Source: Candidatus Taylorbacteria bacterium RIFCSPLOWO2_12_FULL_43_20 (lineage in GTDB: Bacteria > Patescibacteriota > Minisyncoccia > Phycocordibacterales > HO2-43-120). Taken from it: a DNA stretch of 64,000 nucleotides. The notes under the pieces were generated by a model. The model did no database searches and was not told where the DNA came from. It was given only the letters and a program-made list of their open reading frames with translations. Shown here one piece after another: positions 54,195-64,000 of the stretch (position 1 is its first letter; each line of letters starts with the position of its first letter). The DNA lies in assembly GCA_001821295.1 (NCBI GenBank), contig MHSK01000017.1:31-64030 (forward strand), given 5' to 3'. The translations under genes were made by a program, and so were the position numbers.

Positions 54195-54338
54195 GTAACT
54201 CCTCACAAGACCGAGTAATGGCCACACCACAGCCTTCTTTTCTTCTGTCATTCCCGTGAAAACGGGAATCCAGATCAAAATATGGCCTAGATTCCCGCCT
54301 TCGCGGGAATGACACCACTCGGTCTTGTGAGCAGTTAC
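54195..54338. mobile_element. MITE-A, full copy in inverse orientation (8-bp TSD AAACAAAA)
   Basis: TIRs gtaactcctcacaagaccgagt / actcggtcttgtgagcagttac. Identical 8-mers aaacaaaa at 54187-54194 and 54339-54346. Spurious track ORFs 54108..54356 and 54118..54318 translate it. Confidence 0.8.
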
Positions 54339-54394
54339 AAACAAAAAACCAAACACTGGTGTTTGGCTTTTTTCAGGAAAAACCGCTTACTCGT

Positions 54395-55858
54395 TCATCC
54401 TTTGGGCTTGAGCGTGGGGAAAAGGATCACCTCCTTGATATTTTTTACATCGGTTAACAGCATGGCAAATCTATCCAAGCCGATTCCTATACCCCCGTTT
54501 GGAGGCATACCATGTTCCATTGCCTCCAAATAATCGGCATCAGATGGAGAAATCTCCGGCTCACCTTCCCTTTTCTTCCTTTCCTCATCCTCATACCTTT
54601 CTTTCTGATCAATTGGATTGTTGAGCTCTGAAAAAGCGTTGACTAGCTCAAGTCCTCCCGCGATAAGCTGGAATCTGTCTATGAGTGACGGGTTATCGTG
54701 CTTACGCTTTGCGAAAGGGTTGAACTCCACGGGATAATCAATAATAAAAGTCGGCTGAATCAATTTTGGCCGAACTGCTTTCTTATAAATGCCGTCCAAA
54801 AACGCCTGGCGAGTATTCCGGTTTTCCATCTTAACTCCCATGTTTAAAGCTTCCGCTTTGAGCTCATCGTTGCTTGCTTGCTCCGGATTGTTGAGTCCCG
54901 AATGCTCTCTAATAAGGCCGAAAAAAGTTTTGACCGCGAACGGCTTGTCAAAATTCACCGTATTGCCACCATAGACAACCTCCGGCTTGCCGATCACATT
55001 TCGCGTCACTTCGCGAAACAACTCCTCTATGAATTTCATCTGTCCCGCGGCGTCCGCGTACGCCTCATTGGACTCCAGCATAGTAAACTCCGGATTATGC
55101 GTAACGTCTATTCCCTCGTTGCGGAATTTTCTGCCTATTTCGTACACCTTGTTAAATCCCGCGACAATGAGCTTTTTAAGATATAGCTCTTGGGCGATAG
55201 TCAAATAAAAATCTGTTTCCAGAGCGTTGTGACGAGTCTTAAAAGGCAGAGCGGTAGCGCCGCCAGCAAGCGGCTGGAGAACAGGAGTCTCAACTTCCAT
55301 ATATCCCGCCCGGTCGTAAAACTCTCTGATACGCTTAACCATCAATGATCGTATTTCAAATCTTCGACGGACATCGGGGCTGGAAAGTATGTCTAGATAT
55401 CGCTTACGAAACCTTTCCTCCACGTCTTTCAGACCGTGCCATTTCTCAGGCAAAGGCATCAAGCTTTTGGCGAGCATCTTCCATTCTTTCACCTTAAGAG
55501 TTTTTTCCTCTCGTTTAGTGAGAAACAAATCTCCTTTTATTTCCACAAAATCACCTATGTCCGCCGTTTTTATAAACAAATCAAACGAAGCTTCCTCAAT
55601 TTCATCTTTTTTTATCAATGCTTGAAAGGAAGATGTGCCGTCATAAATATTGAAAAAAACCAGACCGCCCTGCGCCCTTTCCGACATTATCCTCCCTGCC
55701 AGAATAATTTCTTTTCCGGCAAGTTTATCAAAATCATCAATCGCTTTTATATTGGACGTATTTCTTTCTGTTGAGGAGGGATACGGTTGAATACCCTGAC
55801 TTTTTAAATACTCAAGTTTTTCAAGCCGAGTTTTTCTTATTTCTTCTATGGATGCCAT
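54395..55858 (-). CDS. lysS: lysine--tRNA ligase (class II)
   Basis: N-terminal OB anticodon-binding domain and class II catalytic core with motifs 1-3 (e.g. FRNEGIDVTHNPEFT, GGIGIGLDR). 487 aa. Confidence 0.88.
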   Translation of the reverse strand: MASIEEIRKTRLEKLEYLKSQGIQPYPSSTERNTSNIKAIDDFDKLAGKEIILAGRIMSERAQGGLVFFNIYDGTSSFQALIKKDEIEEASFDLFIKTADIGDFVEIKGDLFLTKREEKTLKVKEWKMLAKSLMPLPEKWHGLKDVEERFRKRYLDILSSPDVRRRFEIRSLMVKRIREFYDRAGYMEVETPVLQPLAGGATALPFKTRHNALETDFYLTIAQELYLKKLIVAGFNKVYEIGRKFRNEGIDVTHNPEFTMLESNEAYADAAGQMKFIEELFREVTRNVIGKPEVVYGGNTVNFDKPFAVKTFFGLIREHSGLNNPEQASNDELKAEALNMGVKMENRNTRQAFLDGIYKKAVRPKLIQPTFIIDYPVEFNPFAKRKHDNPSLIDRFQLIAGGLELVNAFSELNNPIDQKERYEDEERKKREGEPEISPSDADYLEAMEHGMPPNGGIGIGLDRFAMLLTDVKNIKEVILFPTLKPKG

Positions 55859-55904
55859 GTGGTATGTAGAGACGACCTAGCGTTTAATTTACAAGACTTG
55901 CGAG

Positions 55905-55985
55905 TTTTATGTCATTCCCGCGAAAGCGGGAATCCAGGGTTTTATCTGCATACTCTGGATTCCCGCTTTCGCGGGAATGACAGAT
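55905..55985. repeat. double-hairpin MITE-B element (TGTCATTCCCGCGAAAGCGGGAATCCAG - spacer - CTGGATTCCCGCTTTCGCGGGAATGACA)
   Basis: Perfect inverted pair. The spacer ggttttatctgcatactc is the reverse complement of the spacer in the 17.55-kb copy. Confidence 0.75.
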
Positions 55986-56019
55986 AAGGAATGGTTTGAA
56001 TAAGTCGAAACGCGTGGTC

Positions 56020-56490
56020 TTATTCTATTTCCAATATTTTATAATTCATTTTGCCTTTTGGCGATACGAAAGAAAACATGTCTCCTTTTTTCCTTCCTAT
56101 CATCGCTTCACCCATGGGAGAATGCACGGAAAGCCGGCCGGCAGAAATGTCCGACTCCTCGGAACCGACCATTTCAAACTTAAACGGTTTTTTTTCCTCG
56201 CCCTCTTTCGCCACTGTCACCGTAGATCCAATTCCCGCGATTTCCGTGTGATGCAAAGTCATGATCACCGCGGTGCTTAAAATATTTTCAAGCTTCAGTA
56301 TTCTGTCTTCTATACTCGCCTGAAGCTCTCTCGCCTCATGATATTCCGCGTTCTCGGACAAATCACCCAGGGATTTGGCATACTCAAGGTCTTCCGCCAC
56401 CTCTTTCCTTTTGACCTTTTTTAAATGCTCCAGCTCTTCGCGTAACTCTTGAAATTTCTGCTTTGATAAGTATTCTTTTTGATCTGGCAT
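56020..56490 (-). CDS. greA: transcription elongation factor GreA
   Basis: The N-terminal coiled coil carries the acidic tip LGDLSENAEYHEARE. A C-terminal FKBP-like domain follows. Confidence 0.85.
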   Translation of the reverse strand: MPDQKEYLSKQKFQELREELEHLKKVKRKEVAEDLEYAKSLGDLSENAEYHEARELQASIEDRILKLENILSTAVIMTLHHTEIAGIGSTVTVAKEGEEKKPFKFEMVGSEESDISAGRLSVHSPMGEAMIGRKKGDMFSFVSPKGKMNYKILEIE

Positions 56491-56909
56491 GTTTATATAA
56501 AAGCTATTAATGACAACAGAACGTTTTAACTTCGTTTCCGCTTTTCGTTAAGCGATATCTACTATAAACGGCTAAACTCCACCCATTTTGGAGAAGTCAA
56601 TAAATATACCCCACAGCAGAACTGTGGGGAATTCTGCGTAATTATAAAACAATAACAGCTTAATACTATATTTATAAACCGGAAGAGTCAATGCAACCAC
56701 AGGGTTACAACCCTACGGTAAGCACCAAGCACCAAATAACAATACCAATATACGAATTAATACGAATATACAACTCCGACGCTTCGGTCGGAGCCCCGAC
56801 CGAAGCGTCGGGGATGGATACGAATCACCCCATCCCTCGTACCCCTACGCTCGAAGCGAGCTTCGGCGGAGCAAGGGAGGGGAAGAGGAAGTCGTGTAAA
56901 ATTTTAGCC

Positions 56910-56946
56910 GCGATCACCAGAGGTGACCGCGGCATTTTTCGCAGCC
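56910..56946 (+). terminator. strong hairpin + T-run (gccgcgatcacc aga ggtgaccgcggc atttttc) in GC-rich noncoding segment
   Basis: 12-bp stem with 1 mismatch, oriented for plus-strand termination although no plus-strand CDS lies upstream. Possibly the 3' end of an ncRNA or a bidirectional element. Confidence 0.4.
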
Positions 56947-57276
56947 CAGAACACTAGTCGGAGGCTGGGCAACGGGGTTGACGGTTAAGGCGAACAGAGG
57001 CGCGAATACTCCGATAGGAGCTTGCATCCACAACTCTGGCCTGTTCCTTCGCTTCACTGATCACGACCGGACCAGCTCTGTTTTGTTTCATACTGCGCCT
57101 TTCGATTTGCGCCACCTTAATGCGTGCCGTTGTGTAGCCACACACAACTTAACATTTATAAGCACACACAGGTCTAGCACTTCTGTTGTATATATTAAAC
57201 ATCCGGCATAATTTCGCAACCAGAGCTGTGGATAACCAAAGCAACGAAGAAATGCGCCGACTACGTAAGTCCTATA

Positions 57277-58968
57277 TTATTCAAACAGGTCAGGGCGGTA
57301 TATTGAAGCCCAGTCAAAAAATCTGCGAGCGACCGCCGAGGCGCCTACCGTATTGGCTCTCGGCCCTTTTTCCATAATAACGACAAATGCGTATTTCGGC
57401 TCATCATAAGGAAAAAAACCGGTAACCCACGAATTGACATACTGTTTTGCCGCGCCCAACTCAGCCGTTCCCGTCTTTCCCGCGAACTTCACATATGGAA
57501 CATTCAGAGCGGACGCGGTGCCAATGACGACAGACAACCGCATTCCATCTTTCGCCACTTCAAAATAACTTTTATCCAGATCAATTTGGCCGGATTCACC
57601 CGACGTTACGCCTTTTAAAATCTCGGGATAAACAATCCTTCCGTTATTGGCAACGGCGGCGGTAGCCACAAGCGCCTGCATGGGAGTAACAAGAAAACCG
57701 TACTGTCCAATAGATGTGTGATACGTATTCCCCACCGTCCACTCCTCTCCCTCAAAATTTTCCGCTTTCCACTTTGGGTTGGGAATGGTTCCTGCCATTC
57801 CGCCGAAATACGGAACGGGCAGTTCCCTGCCGAAACCGAACAGGCGCATGTATTTATCAATCAAGGTAATGCCGAGACCTTTTTGTTCTTCATACCCCCC
57901 GCCAATTTCGTAGAAATACACGTCGGAAGACACGGCTATCGCCTCTCTCATATCAACCGCCCCATGAGCTTTCCAGTCTCTAAACACAGTGCTTTTGGTC
58001 TCGTCGTAGATATTGGGCAAGGTTATAGATCCGGTGCTTACGATCTTCTTTGAAGGGTCTATGACCCCCTCCGCAAGCGCGGCTATGGCGATAAAGGGCT
58101 TAATGATGGAACCAGGTGTGTATAGCCCGCGGCTAAGCCGATCCAAAAAGGGATTATTGCCGTCATTAATAAAACTTTCTATTGTTTTCTTGTCCTTACC
58201 TTGCGACAAGACATCGGAAGAATATTCAGGATAACTGGTCATAGCGACAACTTCCCCGTTGGTTATGTCCATAATGGCGGCGGCCCCGCCTTTGAATCCT
58301 ATTTCCAGAGCCAATTTCTCAATCTCCACAAAAAAGGCCTCACTCAACTCTGAATCTATGGAGAGGTGGAGTGTTTTGCCGGAGACCGGAGGATCAATAA
58401 TATTCTCGGAGACAACTCGTCCCACCGCGTCTGTCTCAATGATTTTCAAGCCATTTTTGCCTGAAAGCTCCGCGTTGAAATATTTCTCAACCCCATCCTT
58501 GCCGTCATATTGATCGCTGTAATAAAACCCGGCGCTGTCCTTGCCTGGATATTTCACATAGCCCAATAATAAGGAAACACCAGCCGCGTCCGTATATTGT
58601 CGGATGGAAAACTGCTCACCTTCCGGATGACTGGCATTCCACGCCATAAGTTTGTCCCGCCTGTCATAAACCACCCCCCTTTCCGCGAAAATATAACTGT
58701 GGCGCAACCTGTTATTCTCAGACAAAGACCTTAGAATTTCACCCTTGTTTATTTGAAGATAAACCAGTCTAGATAGAAAAACCAGGGCTATCAATAAGAA
58801 AACCGCGCCGATAAAAACATGCATGCGAGTGGAAATAGGCCGCTCTATTCTTCCTTCAAATTGGTAAGTGTCAAACTCGGGTAAATTTCTAGAGTCCAAA
58901 AAAATCTCATCCGGATGAATTTCGGTTTCTTGTTTTCTGAAATGCTTTTTTATTTTTTTCCAAAACAT
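57277..58968 (-). CDS. mrdA: peptidoglycan D,D-transpeptidase MrdA (class B PBP2, elongasome)
   Basis: N-terminal TM helix, SxxK (GSIIKP), KTGTAE. Lies downstream of mreBCD on the same strand. Confidence 0.75.
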   Translation of the reverse strand: MFWKKIKKHFRKQETEIHPDEIFLDSRNLPEFDTYQFEGRIERPISTRMHVFIGAVFLLIALVFLSRLVYLQINKGEILRSLSENNRLRHSYIFAERGVVYDRRDKLMAWNASHPEGEQFSIRQYTDAAGVSLLLGYVKYPGKDSAGFYYSDQYDGKDGVEKYFNAELSGKNGLKIIETDAVGRVVSENIIDPPVSGKTLHLSIDSELSEAFFVEIEKLALEIGFKGGAAAIMDITNGEVVAMTSYPEYSSDVLSQGKDKKTIESFINDGNNPFLDRLSRGLYTPGSIIKPFIAIAALAEGVIDPSKKIVSTGSITLPNIYDETKSTVFRDWKAHGAVDMREAIAVSSDVYFYEIGGGYEEQKGLGITLIDKYMRLFGFGRELPVPYFGGMAGTIPNPKWKAENFEGEEWTVGNTYHTSIGQYGFLVTPMQALVATAAVANNGRIVYPEILKGVTSGESGQIDLDKSYFEVAKDGMRLSVVIGTASALNVPYVKFAGKTGTAELGAAKQYVNSWVTGFFPYDEPKYAFVVIMEKGPRANTVGASAVARRFFDWASIYRPDLFE

Positions 58969-59059
58969 AAATACTAATATACGACTCCGACGCTTCGGTC
59001 GGAGCCCCGACCGAAGCGTCGAGGATGAATACGAATAGGCGCAATGCTAATATATTGTG

Positions 59060-59200
59060 AATTACGAAACTCTTTTCTCGGCAGGGCTTTTGCGGAACAC
59101 GGGTATTTTTTTGCTAAAAAATCCCTATGCTCGCCCGTCGGCTTGCGCAATGTTCCGCAAAAGCCCTGCCTGCGACGAGTTTCGTAATTCAAAGTAATAT
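59060..59200. repeat. long inverted repeat (family 8; ~45-bp arms ttgaattacgaaactc(g/t)t..ggcagggcttttgcggaaca) between mreD and mrdA
   Basis: 59060-59107 and 59150-59200 are reverse complements. Related arms flank the family-3 repeat at 50220-50487. A family-2 palindrome lies adjacent at 58982-59030. Confidence 0.65.
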
Positions 59201-59429
59201 ACGAATGCATACTAATTATACAAATGGGGAGAAGAAGAGAAGACACCTCATCTTTAGATAAGCACGAAGCACGAAATCCTGGTTCGACCCCTTCGACTTC
59301 GCTCAGGGTAAAAAGCTCACCATCCTGAAGAATTTGAAGGAGAAATACGAAAAAATCGTAAATTCAAAAAAGGAGAAAAAGGGGGAGAAGAGGAAACCTT
59401 CCGGTCTATGACAAAGTACGCGTGTAAAT

Positions 59430-59714
59430 CTAATCATAAAAGACAAGCCGATTTTTGACTACAGCAACCAAAGCAAAGGCCAGAGCCGCGATAACTGATA
59501 TCACATAGCCCATTCCGTAATAAGCGGAAACAGGAGCGCCGTATAAAAGATCCAAAAGAAAACCGAAAATCAGAATTTCAAAATAATTTTTAAAATAAAA
59601 AAGAAATAAAACGGCCACAGACATGACAATCCACCAAGGCGCGATAAACAACAGAGCGAGAAGAATCAAATTCGCGGCTACTCGTTTCTTTATTTTATTC
59701 TTCTTATTCCTCAT
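59430..59714 (-). CDS. mreD: rod shape-determining protein MreD-like
   Basis: 94-aa polytopic membrane protein immediately downstream of mreC (11-nt overlap). Confidence 0.5.
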   Translation of the reverse strand: MRNKKNKIKKRVAANLILLALLFIAPWWIVMSVAVLFLFYFKNYFEILIFGFLLDLLYGAPVSAYYGMGYVISVIAALAFALVAVVKNRLVFYD

Positions 59715-60516
59715 CTTTTATGGAGATGAACACTTTGTCTATCTCCTGCACGTTAACCAAGCTTCTGATAACAGCCAGCTGAAGCGACTGGGTGATATCT
59801 GAATCAACGGTACCTACGGCCCCAAGAATGGGATTGCCATATCCGGGTAAGCCGACCAGATCACCGGCGGCCACGCGAACATTCTTTGGCAGTTTAACTT
59901 CAAAATTACCTCCGCCTCTGCCTTCCAGAGTCACGATCAGATTGGCAGAAATAAGCTCCGCCTCCATCTTTTCACCGGGCGAAGAGTATAACCGCGCCAA
60001 GGATGTGCCAAAAAAAACCTCCTCAATATATCCGAGCGCCGCGTTTGACCCCCATAGATAAACTTTATCGCCTTTTTTCACTCCGTGTTTTTCACCGGTA
60101 TCCAGAATGAAAGTATCATACGGCGAATGACCGGGAGATTTCAAAACGTAAGCGAGTATCCTTTTTCCCGACTTTTCTCTTCCGAACTCTTCTTTCAACG
60201 CCAAATTTTCTTCCTTAAGTGTTTCCAATTCCGCGAAATTCAAATAAATCCTTTCCAAGTCGCGCTTCAATTTTATGTTTTCGGAAGCAAGTTTGCGCTT
60301 TGAAGCCATATAGTGTCCGAATCCCTGAAACAGCTTCGCTGTTTTATTTTTCAAAACCAAAAAAGGTTTGGCCGCCGTCTGGGCCGCGGGACGCAATAGA
60401 TTGGGCGCTGTAAAATTCAGTACCGCGACAAAGACCAAAAATAAAACGGCAATAAAAAGCGAGTATCCGGCTTTCGGTCTTTTTTCTTTACTTTTGAGGG
60501 GGTAACTCATCTTCAT
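59704..60516 (-). CDS. mreC: rod shape-determining protein MreC
   Basis: N-terminal TM helix, coiled coil (NIKLKRDLERIYLNFAELETLKEENLALKEE), and a C-terminal beta-domain. Overlaps the mreB end. Confidence 0.75.
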   Translation of the reverse strand: MKMSYPLKSKEKRPKAGYSLFIAVLFLVFVAVLNFTAPNLLRPAAQTAAKPFLVLKNKTAKLFQGFGHYMASKRKLASENIKLKRDLERIYLNFAELETLKEENLALKEEFGREKSGKRILAYVLKSPGHSPYDTFILDTGEKHGVKKGDKVYLWGSNAALGYIEEVFFGTSLARLYSSPGEKMEAELISANLIVTLEGRGGGNFEVKLPKNVRVAAGDLVGLPGYGNPILGAVGTVDSDITQSLQLAVIRSLVNVQEIDKVFISIKDEE

Positions 60517-61543
60517 CTTGTATTAGAGCGTCTTTGTAAACTTCCATGTTTTCGAGAATTATACCGGTGCCAATCGCAACAGCAGTCAACGGATCTTCGG
60601 CTATGTGGATGGGAATTTTGACATTTTCAACCAAAAGCTCCTTCATACCGGGAAATTTCGCTCCTCCGCCGACTATATGTATCCCTCTTTGCATTATGTC
60701 AGAGACGATTTCAGGCGGTGTAATTTCCAAAACTTCCTTAACCGCGTCAATAATCGTCTCTATGGACTGCGATATCGCTTCCCTGACATCTGAATCGGTT
60801 ATCACCACCTCTCTCGGAAGGCCTGTCACCAGATCGCGCCCTTTAATAGTCATTTCTTGATGCTCCTCCGGGGGAACAACGGAACCAATAGTGACTTTAA
60901 TCATTTCAGCAGTTTTCTCCCCTATCAAAATTTTAAACTCTCCTCGTATGTATGAAATAATATCGGCGTTCATTTTCTCACCCGCGACTTTCAAAGTCTT
61001 TGCTCTTACAATTCCGCCTAGTGATATGACGGCGATATCCGCCGTTCCTCCCCCTATATCAATAATCATATTGCCGACCGGCTCCATCACGGGCAATCTT
61101 ATGCCTACCGCGGCCGCCATCGGCTCTTCCACAATATATACTTCCCGCGCCCCGCTGTTTTTCGTGGCGTCTTTGACAGCTCTCGTCTCCACATTGGTAA
61201 TGCCATAAGGAACACCCACCACTACTCTCGGCCCGAGAAATTTTCTGGAGCTTTTGCCCGCCTTATTCAGAAGATAAAGTATCATTTCCTCCGCGATCTC
61301 AAAATCGGAGATAACCCCTTCCACCAAGGGTTTGACCGCTTGAATATGAGCGGGAGTACGGCCCAGCATGGCCTTGGCAGGCCCGCCCACTGCCACGACT
61401 TGCCCTGTTTTCTGATTGACAGCGACCACCGACGGTTCGTTCAATACCACACCCTGTCCTCGCAAATAGACCAGCGTATTGGTCGTGCCTAAATCTATCC
61501 CCACATCATGCGATAGCCAATTGTAAATTTTTTCTTTATTCAT
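60488..61543 (-). CDS. mreB: rod shape-determining protein MreB
   Basis: Actin-fold motif VGIDLGTTNTLVY, 351 aa. First gene of the mreBCD block. Confidence 0.9.
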   Translation of the reverse strand: MNKEKIYNWLSHDVGIDLGTTNTLVYLRGQGVVLNEPSVVAVNQKTGQVVAVGGPAKAMLGRTPAHIQAVKPLVEGVISDFEIAEEMILYLLNKAGKSSRKFLGPRVVVGVPYGITNVETRAVKDATKNSGAREVYIVEEPMAAAVGIRLPVMEPVGNMIIDIGGGTADIAVISLGGIVRAKTLKVAGEKMNADIISYIRGEFKILIGEKTAEMIKVTIGSVVPPEEHQEMTIKGRDLVTGLPREVVITDSDVREAISQSIETIIDAVKEVLEITPPEIVSDIMQRGIHIVGGGAKFPGMKELLVENVKIPIHIAEDPLTAVAIGTGIILENMEVYKDALIQDEDELPPQK

Positions 61544-61619
61544 TTTGAATTTACAATTTTCTGTAATTTGTTATTTGGCGCTTCTCTAATGATGAGGTGT
61601 CCCTTCTTCCATTAGAAAT

Positions 61620-61760
61620 TTTTTAATCCCCTCTTCCCCTCTTTAGAGGGGAAGTGCCGAGGTTTCCGAGGCGATGGGGTGTTCATTAAAGAGGAAGTGC
61701 CGACTGTGTCCCGCCGTAGCTTCTTAGCGAAGGGGGAGGTTTCCAAGGCGATGGGGTGTC
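61620..61760. repeat. palindromic repeat family 3, inverted copy of 50283-50425
   Basis: cccctcttcccctctttagaggggaagtgccgaggtttccgaggcgatggggtgttcattaaagaggaagtgccgactgtgtcccgccgtagcttcttagcgaagggggaggtttccaaggcgatggggtg. It is followed by a family-2 palindrome at 61778-61830. Confidence 0.7.
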
Positions 61761-61905
61761 TTCTCTTATTCGTATTCATCCCCGACGCTTCGGTCGGGAC
61801 TCCGACCGAAGCGTCGGAGTAGTACCATTCGTACTGTGTCCCTCCGAAGTTTCTTAGCGAAGGGGGATATTGGTATCGATCATTAGCATCGCACTAGAGT
61901 AGTTC

Positions 61906-63156
61906 TTACGCGTTGTTTAAAAACTCCGCCAACGCCAATCTTTTTATTTCACCGCTTGTCCTATCTTTCGTCTCAACAATTTTTTGGCTCTCTGTTTTTT
62001 CGCTTACCACAACCCTCATAGGGATACCAATGAGATCGCTTTCCATAAATTTCTCTCCCGCTCGGAGGTCCCTGTCATCGTATAGAACTTCAACTCCCCT
62101 GTCGACTAGCTTTTTATATATTTCTTCGGCATAGTTTGTGACTTTTTGATCTTTGCCGATAAGCGCGACCAGATGAACTGAAAATGGGGCTATTTCCTTG
62201 GGCCATATTAAGCCGTTTTTATCGGATTTTACCTCGGCCACAGCGCCCATCAATCTGCTCACACCTATGCCGTAACTGCCCATAACGACGGGGCAATCTC
62301 TGCCATCTTTATCTTTATACATGAGGCCGAGCGGGACGGAATAAAAAGTGCCTAATTTATAAATATTGGCAATTTCTATTGATTTTTCTTCCACCAGATC
62401 TTCTTTTGTCACACCCAGTCTATTTAAAGCTTCGTCATTATAAATTTCCTTATTAATCGCTATTTTTTTCTGCTTATGAAGATAAATCGTGTCTTCGCCC
62501 GATGATGTTAGTGTCTGAAATTCGTGGGAATATTGAGTGCCGAAAGTCCCTCCGCTGGCCAGCGTCAAAAAAGTCATATCGCCTATTTCAATCCTGTTAA
62601 ATATCCGATTGTAGGCAAGTATCATTTTTTCATAAAATTCGCCAAGCTCCTCCTCGTTTTTGGAAAAAGAATAAAGGTCCTTCATGGGAAACTCGCGTCC
62701 TCTGAAAAGCCCGCTCTTGGCCCTGAGCTCATTTCTAAATTTTGTCTGAAATTGATAAGCGTAGAAAGGCAAATTTTGGTAGGAAGAAACATATTCTTTC
62801 ATCATTGAAGCGATTGCCGGCTCATGAGTATATGCCAGCCCCAGCTCTACATCATTCTTAAGTTTGGTCTTGAACCAATTATCAACCGCTTCATCCGACC
62901 ATCTGCCAGTCTTTTCCCACGCTTCTTTTTCCTGAAGAGCAGTCAATAACAATTCCTGTCCGCCGACAGCGTCCATCTCCTCACGAATTATTTTCTGAAT
63001 TTTATTGAGCACCCTGAAACCGAGAGGCAAATAGGAGTACACTCCGGCCATCTCCTTGTGGATATATCCGGCGCGTATCAAAAGAGAAGCGTTTACTGAT
63101 ATCTCATCGCGAGGAGCCTCCTTTCTGCTTTTTGTAAATAATATTGACTGTCTCAT
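61906..63156 (-). CDS. proS: proline--tRNA ligase (archaeal/eukaryotic-type class II)
   Basis: 416 aa with class II motifs and a short architecture lacking the bacterial-type editing insertion. The C-terminal end is characteristic of ProRS. Confidence 0.8.
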   Translation of the reverse strand: MRQSILFTKSRKEAPRDEISVNASLLIRAGYIHKEMAGVYSYLPLGFRVLNKIQKIIREEMDAVGGQELLLTALQEKEAWEKTGRWSDEAVDNWFKTKLKNDVELGLAYTHEPAIASMMKEYVSSYQNLPFYAYQFQTKFRNELRAKSGLFRGREFPMKDLYSFSKNEEELGEFYEKMILAYNRIFNRIEIGDMTFLTLASGGTFGTQYSHEFQTLTSSGEDTIYLHKQKKIAINKEIYNDEALNRLGVTKEDLVEEKSIEIANIYKLGTFYSVPLGLMYKDKDGRDCPVVMGSYGIGVSRLMGAVAEVKSDKNGLIWPKEIAPFSVHLVALIGKDQKVTNYAEEIYKKLVDRGVEVLYDDRDLRAGEKFMESDLIGIPMRVVVSEKTESQKIVETKDRTSGEIKRLALAEFLNNA

Positions 63157-63242
63157 TTTATTTTAGTTTTTAGAAGGCCTTAGAGAATGTTCATAATCTA
63201 ACCGTAATATTATTAGTAAATTTTAAGTGTGGCACCGCAGGG

Positions 63243-63440
63243 CGTCCCCCCTCTTCCCCTCTTTAGAGGGGAAGTGCCGAGTCTACGAGGCGATGGGGTG
63301 TCTTCTCTTCTTCATCTTCCTCTTTTTCGAATTTGTAATTTGGTACTTAGTGCTTATCTAAAGATGGGGTGTTCCCCATTCGTATCTATCCCCGACGCTT
63401 CGGTCGGGGCTCCGACCGAAGCGTCGGAGTCGTTAAGCGG
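63243..63440. repeat. cluster of family-3 partial copy (63243-63300) and family-2 palindrome (63388-63433)
   Basis: cccctcttcccctctttagaggggaagtgccgag... and ccccgacgcttcggtcggggctccgaccgaagcgtcgg. Spurious track ORF 63229..63483 translates them. Confidence 0.65.
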
Positions 63441-63466
63441 TATTGCTATCAAACGCGTATACACCC

Positions 63467-64000
63467 CTAGAAAAGCCGAATAATATCTCTATACGTTACC
63501 ACCAACATTAAAAGAAGCAAAAGGGCAAAGCCGACAGAATTAACGAGATGCATCACCTTGGGGTTGACAGGTCTTCTTATTACGGCTTCAATGAGCACAA
63601 ATAGGAGTCTGCCTCCATCCAAAGCCGGAAAAGGTATGAGGTTCAAAACCGCTAGATTGAGAGAAATAAAGGCGGTAAAAGACATGAGATAAACTATTCC
63701 AAGTTTGGACGCGTCACCGACAAGACCGGCGATCCCCACCGGACCGGTAACATCCGACAATTTCGCCTGACCTGTAACGGCGCTAGCGATAAAATCAGCC
63801 ACTCCTACGGTTATAGCTTTTAAGAGCCCGCCCGTAAGCTTGGCGCCTTCATAGAAAGCAAGATGAGGAGGAAGAGTCATAATTCCCACCATGTCCATTG
63901 ATATGCCGAGAGCCGGTTTACCCTCAACTATGCCAAATTCGGGCATAGCGGATATCACCTCCTCAACATCTCCCCTTTTGACCCTCGCCTCTATTTCAGT
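63467..64000 (-). CDS. rseP: site-2 protease RseP-like zinc metalloprotease, C-terminal part (N-terminus beyond window)
   Basis: The C-terminal membrane region ...GGRLLFVLIEAVIRRPVNPKVMHLVNSVGFALLLLLMLVVTYRDIIRLF is typical of RseP family ends. The frame stays open to the window edge. Confidence 0.55.
   Translation of the reverse strand, partial: TEIEARVKRGDVEEVISAMPEFGIVEGKPALGISMDMVGIMTLPPHLAFYEGAKLTGGLLKAITVGVADFIASAVTGQAKLSDVTGPVGIAGLVGDASKLGIVYLMSFTAFISLNLAVLNLIPFPALDGGRLLFVLIEAVIRRPVNPKVMHLVNSVGFALLLLLMLVVTYRDIIRLF

Noticed and set aside
63229-63483. Plus-strand ORF 63229..63483.
   Set aside because: It is composed of family-3 and family-2 palindromic repeats; the same peptide fragments recur wherever the repeats occur.

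Overview
This 64-kb window is an AT-rich bacterial chromosome segment using standard stop codons (TGA terminates several confident genes, so this is not a UGA-recoded lineage). The small-gene, repeat-rich style is consistent with a CPR/Patescibacteria-like genome, but that is an inference. Most of the window is housekeeping: secG, RNase J, gyrA, ribosomal S1, pth, lepB, a divergent HisRS-like gene, rpsU, ybeY, ftsA-ftsZ, trxB, a MacA/MacB-like tripartite efflux unit, a dcw block (mraZ-rsmH-ftsL-ftsI-murF), lysS, greA, a rod-shape block (mreB-mreC-mreD-mrdA), proS and a partial rseP. Three tRNAs are present: Glu-UUC(-), Ser-CGA(+) and Val-GAC(-). Intergenic DNA is densely colonised by several families of short palindromic, MITE-like repeats. 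Three copies of one family carry clean 8-bp target-site duplications. Other families are nested inside the dcw and mre clusters. Several minimum-length-filter ORFs in the six-frame track are just translations of these repeats. I see three accessory features of most interest. The first is a tandem array of seven small secreted two-helix TrbC/VirB2-like pilin paralogs (17.6-20.9 kb) with hypervariable N-terminal regions, directly downstream of and co-oriented with a putative solute-binding protein. The second is a 2.4-kb cassette abutting the 3' end of tRNA-Glu. It is bounded by about 105-bp direct repeats that end in the tRNA tail TCACCA and by about 250-bp inverted repeats, and it carries a Panacea (DUF4065)-type antitoxin, a HigB/RelE-like toxin and a higher-GC orphan gene. 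The third is at 0.3-3.9 kb, where two secreted proteins share a C-terminal DGKIY..KL(D/G)DGS(V/L)KAL module. One copy is displaced out of frame and a 42-bp fragment of the other is duplicated downstream. I saw no CRISPR array, no rRNA and no transposase or integrase gene.
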